Source of the DNA: an uncultured bacterium | Lineage (GTDB): Bacteria > JAJVIF01 > JAPKYR01 | DNA: 22,120 nt | Direction: 5' to 3' | Assembly: GCA_965369865.1 (NCBI GenBank) | Contig: CBDURU010000054.1 | Span: 1-22,120, forward strand | Part shown: positions 15,701 through 22,120 of the stretch, piece after piece | Layout: each line of letters starts with the position of its first letter | Numbering within the stretch: position 1 is the stretch's first letter | The notes under the pieces: generated by a model | What the model was told of the DNA's origin: nothing | The model's database searches: none | Seen by the model: only the letters and a program-made list of their open reading frames with translations | Position numbers and translations under genes: made by a program

Positions 15701-17665
15701 TTGGCACGCATTGGTGTTTTCATATGCCATTGTGGCGAAAATATCGCACGTTCGGTCGATTGTCCCGGACTTGTGGATGAAGCGGCTTCATGGCCGGGGG
15801 TTGTTCATTCGGTAGATTACAAGTATCTCTGCTCCGACCCCGGCCAGAACCTTATTAAGGATGCCATCAGGGAACACAATCTGACCGGGATTGTTGTGGC
15901 AGCCTGTTCGCCCAAAATGCATGAGGCTACCTTCCGCCGTGCTGCCAGCGATGCCGGTATCAACCCCTACCTCTGCGAATGCGCGAACATCCGCGAGCAA
16001 TGCTCGTGGGTTCATGAAGAAAAAGAAATCGCCAGCCCCAAGGCAACCGACGTCGTCCGTATGACTGTAGAAAAAACTAAATACAATCATCCGCTCGAAC
16101 CGATTCGAGTGCCCTTAACCAGGCGTGCGCTTGTTGTGGGTGGCGGTATCGCGGGAATTCAGGCCGCGCTCGATATCGCCGACGGCGGTCACGAGGTAAT
16201 TCTTGTCGAGCGGGAACCTTCGATCGGCGGACACATGTCGCAGCTTTCGGAAACCTTCCCTACCCTCGACTGTTCGCAATGTATCCTCACACCGAAAATG
16301 GTCGAAGTTGTGCAGCATCCCAACATCACTCTTTACGCGTATTCTGAGGTTGAGGCCATTTCAGGAACCGTAGGCGATTTCAAAGTTACGATCAAAAAGA
16401 AACCGCGATATGTGGATGCCGATCTCTGCACCGCCTGTGATGACTGTGCCCAGGCATGCCCGGTGTCCGTCCCAAATCCATTCGAAATGGGATTGAAGGT
16501 TTGTAAAGCCATCGACATTCCATTCCCGCAGGCGGTTCCGGCGATCTATACACTCGATGCCGACGCCTGCCTTGGTTTGTTTCCTCTTGCGTGCGTAAGG
16601 TGTCGCGAGGCATGTGAGCCTGGGGCAATAAATTATGACATGAAGCCCGAAAATATCACCGAGCATGTCGGAGCGGTTGTTATTGCCACGGGATTCGACC
16701 TTTATGCAATGTCAAATCTCGGCGAATACGGGTACGACAAATATGTCGATGTTGTCGACGGGTTGTTTTTCGAACGGCTTCTTTCGGCATCGGGACCTAC
16801 GGCAGGGGTCGTTCAGCGACCGTCCGATCACAAAATCCCGAATGAAGTTGTTTTTATACAGTGCGCCGGCAGCAGGGAGCCGGAAAGACATAAACCCTAC
16901 TGCTCCAAAATCTGCTGCATGTACACTGCGAAGCAGGCGATGCTCTACCAGCACAAAACACCGGGTGGACAGGCGTACGTTTTTTACATGGACGTCCGGT
17001 CCGGTGGACGTGATTACGAGGAATTTTACAACAAGGCACTCGATGAAGGCGTGATTTACATACGCGGAAAAGTCAGCCGCGTTTACGAGGAAGATGGCAA
17101 GATAATCGTACAGGGCTCGGATACCATCGCCGGAAAACAGCTTGAGGTAAAAGCCGACATGGTTGTACTTGCCAGCGCGATGGAACCCTCGCGCGATACT
17201 GACAAACTGGTCTCGATGTTCAAACTGAATACAACCCAGGACGGATGGGTGAAGGAAGTACATCCCAAACTCCGTCCCGTTGAATCCATAACACAGGGAT
17301 TTTACATCGCGGGCGCATGCCAGGGTCCGAAAGATATCCCTGAATCCGTGGCCCAGGGAAGCGCGGCGGCATCGAAAACTCTCGGGCTTTTCTCCGATGA
17401 TGAGCTTGAGCGCGATCCATCTATAGCAAAGGTCAATGAGTTGACCTGCATCGGATGTTTCTCCTGCGAGATGGTCTGCCCGTTTTCCGCAATCGAGCGA
17501 AATGAAATCCGTGATCGCGACGGTAACCTGATCCGTACCGTGGCATTTGTGAACGAAAGCCTTTGCCAGGGATGCGGACCTTGCGCCGCGATTTGCCCGT
17601 CGAAATCAATTGAGATTGAAAGTATCACAGAAGAACAGGTATACGCCCAGATAATGGCGTATTAA
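15701..17665 (+). CDS. hdrA: Heterodisulfide reductase subunit A family flavoprotein, paralog 2
   Basis: Same full motif set (CHCG, GGGIAG, TFPTLDCSQC, CAGSRE..CSKICCMY, GACQGPKDI, CxxCxxCxxxCP motifs); AGGAG RBS with TTG start. Confidence 0.96.
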   Translation: MARIGVFICHCGENIARSVDCPGLVDEAASWPGVVHSVDYKYLCSDPGQNLIKDAIREHNLTGIVVAACSPKMHEATFRRAASDAGINPYLCECANIREQCSWVHEEKEIASPKATDVVRMTVEKTKYNHPLEPIRVPLTRRALVVGGGIAGIQAALDIADGGHEVILVEREPSIGGHMSQLSETFPTLDCSQCILTPKMVEVVQHPNITLYAYSEVEAISGTVGDFKVTIKKKPRYVDADLCTACDDCAQACPVSVPNPFEMGLKVCKAIDIPFPQAVPAIYTLDADACLGLFPLACVRCREACEPGAINYDMKPENITEHVGAVVIATGFDLYAMSNLGEYGYDKYVDVVDGLFFERLLSASGPTAGVVQRPSDHKIPNEVVFIQCAGSREPERHKPYCSKICCMYTAKQAMLYQHKTPGGQAYVFYMDVRSGGRDYEEFYNKALDEGVIYIRGKVSRVYEEDGKIIVQGSDTIAGKQLEVKADMVVLASAMEPSRDTDKLVSMFKLNTTQDGWVKEVHPKLRPVESITQGFYIAGACQGPKDIPESVAQGSAAASKTLGLFSDDELERDPSIAKVNELTCIGCFSCEMVCPFSAIERNEIRDRDGNLIRTVAFVNESLCQGCGPCAAICPSKSIEIESITEEQVYAQIMAY

Positions 17666-17683
17666 CAAAAAAGAGAATTTATC

Positions 17684-18145
17684 ATGGCCGAATTTCATCC
17701 TAAAACATTCGCGTTTCTTTGCAACTGGTGCACTTACACCGGGGCCGACCTTGCCGGCACAAGCCGTATGCTGTACCCGGCCGATTTCCGTGTGATCAAG
17801 GTTCCCTGCACCGGACGAATCGATATGGAATTTATCATCAAGGCGTTCGAACAGGGCGCCGACGGGGTCTGGGTCTCCGGCTGCCATATTGGCGATTGTC
17901 ATTACAACACCGGTAATTATTACGCCCAGCGAAGATGGACGATATTCCGCCAGGAACTCGCTTTCCTTGGCATTGATCTCAGGAGACTGAAATTCACATG
18001 GATTTCAGCCGCCGAGGGACGTAAGTTCGCCGATGAGGCCGCGGAATTTGTCAACCGGATCACCAAACTCGGCCCGTACAATGAATTCCAGTCTATCCTC
18101 CCTGAAAATCCGGAAGTCGAATCAGTATCGGGGGGGGTGAGCTGA
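17684..18145 (+). CDS. mvhD: MvhD/FlxD-family [2Fe-2S] protein
   Basis: FLCNWCTYTGADLAG, VPCTGRID, GADGVWVSGCHIGDCHY, WISAAEG. Confidence 0.93.
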   Translation: MAEFHPKTFAFLCNWCTYTGADLAGTSRMLYPADFRVIKVPCTGRIDMEFIIKAFEQGADGVWVSGCHIGDCHYNTGNYYAQRRWTIFRQELAFLGIDLRRLKFTWISAAEGRKFADEAAEFVNRITKLGPYNEFQSILPENPEVESVSGGVS

Positions 18146-18146
18146 T

Positions 18147-19019
18147 ATGGTTATCTCTGAAGCGGATACGACAAAAATCGTCAATCCTCTGCGTGAACGT
18201 GCGAAGGAACTCCTGGAATCGGGAGAAGTAAAAGTTATCATCGGCTACGGCGAAGGTTATACAAAGGGTAAAGCGGTGCCTGTTTTTATCACAGATCCTG
18301 CTAAAACCGATCAACTTGTATTTGATGCAAGGTGTGTAAATAACCTCTCGATGTACCTGAAACACGCCGAGATCAAGGCGATGGGTAAGGTCGGTATTGT
18401 CGCGAAAGGGTGCGACGCACGCGCGATCAACGTTCTGATACTCGAAAGCCAGTTTAAGAGGGAAGATATCTTTATCCTCGGAGTTGTTTGCGAGGGTGTC
18501 GGCGACCCGATTGAAGAGCAGTGCAAATCTTGCGTCGCCAATACTCCCCCGGTTTATGATGAACTTTTCGGGGAACCGATTGAGAACCGGGGTTGGAACG
18601 ATGAAACTTTCGCGAAAATTGAAGAGCTTGAATCGATGACCCAGCCTGAACTCTGGAATTTCTGGGTTAAGGAATTCGATCGATGTATCAAGTGCTACGC
18701 GTGCCGTGAAGCATGTCCGATGTGCACGTGCACGAGATGTATAACCGATAAAAACCAGCCGCAATGGGTCCCGACAAGCCCTCATTCCGATGGAAATTAC
18801 CACTGGAACCTTACCAGGGCGTTTCATCTTGTCGGACGATGTGTCGGATGCAATTCATGCGAGCGTGCCTGCCCCATGGACATCCCCCTGTCGCTTGTCA
18901 ACTGGAAACTAATCAAGGCTGTCCACGACGAATATGAATTCATTGCCGGTATGGATGCGGAAACCGCGCCTCCACTGGCTACCTATACAGAAGGCGAAGA
19001 GACGGATTTCATTAAGTAA
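18147..19019 (+). CDS. flxC: FlxC-like 4Fe-4S dicluster protein
   Basis: KGCDARAI, RCIKCYACREACPMCTC..C, RAFHLVGRCVGCNSCERACPMDI; follows mvhD/flxD. Confidence 0.8.
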   Translation: MVISEADTTKIVNPLRERAKELLESGEVKVIIGYGEGYTKGKAVPVFITDPAKTDQLVFDARCVNNLSMYLKHAEIKAMGKVGIVAKGCDARAINVLILESQFKREDIFILGVVCEGVGDPIEEQCKSCVANTPPVYDELFGEPIENRGWNDETFAKIEELESMTQPELWNFWVKEFDRCIKCYACREACPMCTCTRCITDKNQPQWVPTSPHSDGNYHWNLTRAFHLVGRCVGCNSCERACPMDIPLSLVNWKLIKAVHDEYEFIAGMDAETAPPLATYTEGEETDFIK

Positions 19020-19032
19020 ACGGAGATGAAAA

Positions 19033-20100
19033 TTGGCGCTTTCAATTCATACGGATGATTTTCAAACGCTGCTCGACTCCCTCAAGGAGGCCGGGTACCG
19101 GTGTGTCGGCCCGGCACGGGAAGGGACTGTCACGAAGTTCAAACCCATTGAACAGGCCGGGGATCTCGTCCTCGATGAGATTCTGACTACGGTAAGCCCT
19201 AAGGAATTTTTCCTCGCCGAACATGAGGCTATCCTTTCGTACCGGATGAAAGGCAAGTCCGATATCGAGCTGACAACGCCGTCGAAGGAAGAATACGCTC
19301 CGCCAACCCTGGTTTTCGGATGCAGGCCCTGCGACGCTGCGGGTCCCGATATCGTAAGGAGCGTCATGACATGGGATTATGACGACAGGTTCTTCCTGGA
19401 TCGGGTGGATTCAACCGTAATTGCGGCGATTGCCTGCGTGGAAGCGGACGAGGCATGTTTCTGTACATCTGTCGAGCTTGCTCCCGACAGCCCGACCGGT
19501 GCGGATATCCTTCTCATTCCATCGAGTAATTCAACCGGTGAAACCCAGGAATATTCCGTCACCGCGATTACTGAAAAAGGCCGGAAGTTGATCGACTGCA
19601 CAACAGGCTGGAAAGACGGTAATCCTGAGCGGGCATCCGCAATTGATGAAGTCAAGAGCAACCTGAAGCCGTCATTCGATCCCGCGAAAGTCAGGGAATG
19701 GCTGGATAACGGGTTTGATCACGAATGGTGGAACACCGCTACTCTGTCATGCATCGGGTGTGGCACCTGCACTTATACATGCCCCACATGCCACTGTTTC
19801 GATATCGTTGATGAAGGCGGACAAAGTGAGGGAATACGTGTTAAAAACTGGGATTCATGCATGATGTCGCTTTTCACACTGCATACGTCCGGACACAATC
19901 CCCGACCCTTAAAATCAAACCGATTCCGCCAGCGTATAATGCACAAATTTAAATATTATCCAGACCTTTTCAAGCGAATTTTATGTACCGGATGCGGACG
20001 ATGCCAACGTCACTGCCCGGTCGATATGGCCCTTAAAGGCCTTCTCGAACAAATAGACCGGCTTGCTTCGGGAACTCCGGATCAAGTCGCGGCAGGATAA
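19033..20100 (+). CDS. flxB: FlxB / AsrA-like 4Fe-4S dicluster protein
   Basis: SPKEFF, FGCRPCD, CFCTS, CIGCGTCTYTCPTCHCFDI, WDSC, RFRQRIMHKF, CTGCGRCQRHCP. Confidence 0.85.
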   Translation: MALSIHTDDFQTLLDSLKEAGYRCVGPAREGTVTKFKPIEQAGDLVLDEILTTVSPKEFFLAEHEAILSYRMKGKSDIELTTPSKEEYAPPTLVFGCRPCDAAGPDIVRSVMTWDYDDRFFLDRVDSTVIAAIACVEADEACFCTSVELAPDSPTGADILLIPSSNSTGETQEYSVTAITEKGRKLIDCTTGWKDGNPERASAIDEVKSNLKPSFDPAKVREWLDNGFDHEWWNTATLSCIGCGTCTYTCPTCHCFDIVDEGGQSEGIRVKNWDSCMMSLFTLHTSGHNPRPLKSNRFRQRIMHKFKYYPDLFKRILCTGCGRCQRHCPVDMALKGLLEQIDRLASGTPDQVAAG

Positions 20101-20122
20101 GACAGGACAAGACAGGATAAGA
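20093..20122. repeat. 10-bp tandem repeat CAGGAYAAGA x3
   Basis: CAGGATAAGA CAGGACAAGA CAGGATAAGA spanning the flxB stop codon and the flxA RBS region. Confidence 0.85.
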
Positions 20123-20129
20123 ATCAGCT

Positions 20130-20969
20130 ATGGAAAATATATACTGTCCATCTCTACTGAAAATCCAGGACCTTACATGGGAAACTCCCGATACGACCTC
20201 GTTCCGGCTCACCTTCAACGATAATTCCGAGAGGGAAGAATTTTTCTCGCTCTATAAGGTTGGCCAGTTCGGAGAATTTTCCGCTTTCGGTCATGGGGAA
20301 TCTACTTTCTGCGTGGCATCCCCGCCCACCAGGAAGGATTACATCGAGTGTACTTTCAGGGCTGTCGGACGTAACACGAAGGCTCTCCAGGCGCTGAACG
20401 AAGGGGATACGATCGGTTTTCGGGGTCCCTACGGAAATTCATTCCCGATTGACGACTGGAAAGGTAAAAATATCCTATTTATTGCTGGCGGCATCGCCCT
20501 GCCCCCTCTTCGAGCCGTTATATTGAACGTGCTCGACCGTCGATCGGAATTCGCAGACGTGACCATCGTGTACGGTGCCCGTACGGTATCCGACCTGGTC
20601 TACAAGATGGAATTGCAGGAGTGGGAAGCCCGTAACGACGTCAATATCGTGACAACTGTCGATCCTGGCGGCGAAACCGAGGACTGGGCGGGAAAAATCG
20701 GTTTCGTACCTACAGTCCTTGAAGAAGTAGCGCCGTCAAACGAAAACACGATCGCGCTTATCTGCGGACCGCCGATAATGATCAAATTCACGTTCCCGGT
20801 ACTCGACAAGCTTGGATTTTCAAAGAACCAGATATTCACCACGCTGGAAAACCGCATGAAATGCGGGCTGGGGAAATGCGGCCGATGCAATGTCGGCGGG
20901 ACATATGTCTGCAAGGACGGTCCCGTTTTCCGGGCGGATGTACTCGCCGAACTGCCGGCCGAATACTAA
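20130..20969 (+). CDS. flxA: FlxA / AsrB-like FAD/NAD(P)-binding [2Fe-2S] oxidoreductase
   Basis: GQF, RGPYGNSF, IAGGIALPPLR, YGART, ICGPPIM, LENRMKCGLGKCGRC..VCKDGPVF. Confidence 0.9.
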   Translation: MENIYCPSLLKIQDLTWETPDTTSFRLTFNDNSEREEFFSLYKVGQFGEFSAFGHGESTFCVASPPTRKDYIECTFRAVGRNTKALQALNEGDTIGFRGPYGNSFPIDDWKGKNILFIAGGIALPPLRAVILNVLDRRSEFADVTIVYGARTVSDLVYKMELQEWEARNDVNIVTTVDPGGETEDWAGKIGFVPTVLEEVAPSNENTIALICGPPIMIKFTFPVLDKLGFSKNQIFTTLENRMKCGLGKCGRCNVGGTYVCKDGPVFRADVLAELPAEY

Positions 20970-21107
20970 AGATAGTTAAAATCCGGCTCTCCTTCCCCAT
21001 TTGATGTTATGTCATTGATTAATTCATTGCCGTCCAAAAAGCGGAATATCCTATCTCATTTTATCTGGATTATAGGAAAATATTGCAAGCTTTCGTAAAC
21101 TAACTTG

Positions 21108-21136
21108 TTGAATCAACCAATTTATGCTACTATACT
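21108..21136 (+). promoter_or_regulatory. Possible sigma70-type promoter for the downstream lipoprotein
   Basis: TTGAAT (21108-21113), 17 nt, TATACT (21131-21136); the region is AT-rich, so chance matches are likely. Confidence 0.35.
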
Positions 21137-21351
21137 ATATTAATCACAGGATTCTAAACCTTCTGGAAGTTTGGTAATGGTAAATATGTGCCTATTTTTA
21201 CTGCATTCTGGGTTTTGCACTTGCTATTTTGATATCAGTTAAATATAATTAAGGTAACTATGAAACAATAAATTCTGCTATTGCCCCAGAATTAAGGCCA
21301 AAACGCTTAGGCGTTAAATAAATACTGAAAATTTAATAAGGAGGCAAAAGT

Positions 21352-22120
21352 ATGAATCGATGGACAGTTCTTTTCGCGGCGATTATTTTTAGTTTGTTCG
21401 TTGCGATAGGATGTTCTGGAGGCGGCGGAAGTCCTGTGGCGCCGTCTGCCGGTCCGGAAATTACATCCGGATCAGACAATTCAGGACAAATACAACATCC
21501 AAACACTTCATTGCTTGGTTACTACGATATCTATCTAGATGCCGGTAACCAGACGATGGAGGTCGTTGAGGATCGTACGGCGAGCTATACGATCAACATC
21601 GTTCCGTTTCTCAACAAGATGACCACACCTCAGTACGGAATTTCATTGGGCAGTCTTGATTTTGATGATTCCGATCCGTCAAATTTAAAGGTCGGCGTCG
21701 TATTTAAATGGCACCATCCGTTCCCGACAATCACGCAGTACAAGGTCTATGACTTCATGGGTGTCATCATCAGTAATGGCGATTTGACTCTTGATTATCA
21801 TAGCCTTAGAGTAGGGAACTATGGCAGCGACACCTACATGACCAATGCGGACGGTTATACCCGCTGGTTCAACCCGACAGAGTTCACTACCGAGCTTATC
21901 TTCGGATGGGCGCCTGGTGGAATTCAGAACCTGAAAGGTTCCGCTAAAGTGAATCCGTTCAAAGCCTACGGCAAAGCACTCAGTCTCAATGGTTCGCTCT
22001 GGAGTTGGCTTGAGAGCGGATCTAACTTCGACGGTATGTTCCAGTCCGGTGCTGGCAGAACTATATCACTCGAGTTCCCGATGCCAACTGACGGGCTTGT
22101 GTTCGGTTATGCCGCGGTCT
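21352..22120 (+). CDS. Putative surface lipoprotein, 3'-truncated by the window end (absent from the ORF track)
   Basis: AAGGAGG RBS (21338-21344), ATG 21352, MNRWTVLFAAIIFSLFVAIG-CSGGGGSPVAP lipobox; frame open for 256 codons to the window edge (translated by hand). Confidence 0.88.
   Translation, partial: MNRWTVLFAAIIFSLFVAIGCSGGGGSPVAPSAGPEITSGSDNSGQIQHPNTSLLGYYDIYLDAGNQTMEVVEDRTASYTINIVPFLNKMTTPQYGISLGSLDFDDSDPSNLKVGVVFKWHHPFPTITQYKVYDFMGVIISNGDLTLDYHSLRVGNYGSDTYMTNADGYTRWFNPTEFTTELIFGWAPGGIQNLKGSAKVNPFKAYGKALSLNGSLWSWLESGSNFDGMFQSGAGRTISLEFPMPTDGLVFGYAAV

Noticed and set aside
13622..18145. Selenocysteine recoding in HdrA or MvhD
   Set aside because: All three frames are full length with Cys in the conserved motifs and no internal TGA.
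18130..18149. G8 tract as a frameshift site fusing MvhD/FlxD to FlxC
   Set aside because: The FlxC frame has a TGA at 18138-18140 right after the tract, so a shift would terminate. The G-run probably serves as the RBS.
18093..18827. 244-aa antisense ORF and other short overlapping ORFs in the track
   Set aside because: They are shadows of well-supported genes on the opposite strand or in other frames and have no motifs of their own.
12331..20969. Hdr/Flx proteins as substrates of the adjacent Tat system
   Set aside because: None has a twin-arginine signal peptide, and a separate promoter precedes hdrA. The SRRK in the 361-aa ORF follows rather than precedes its hydrophobic segment.

Overview
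Bacterial chromosomal window, probably from an anaerobe (inferred from the Hdr/Flx genes; taxon not determinable). In order: an 18-bp tandem repeat and hairpin; mtnA; an orphan XRE/HigA-like gene with a palindromic operator; a minus-strand envelope-acylation block (two paralogous AlgI/PatA-type MBOATs, three paralogous SGNH/DltD-like partners, one large lipoprotein); a Pro/Lys-rich membrane-anchored hypothetical; tatA-tatC; an hdrA-hdrA-mvhD(flxD)-flxC-flxB-flxA operon with no hdrB/hdrC; and the 5' part of a second, related lipoprotein that the ORF track missed. The clearest unannotated structure is a 140-bp MITE present three times. It has 17-bp terminal inverted repeats and each copy sits in the GTCA loop of the same REP-like hairpin with a 4-bp duplication. 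Empty copies of that hairpin lie nearby, and the MITE carries two GTAG/GTAC-type hairpins of its own. All calls come from reading motifs by eye; no database searches were run.
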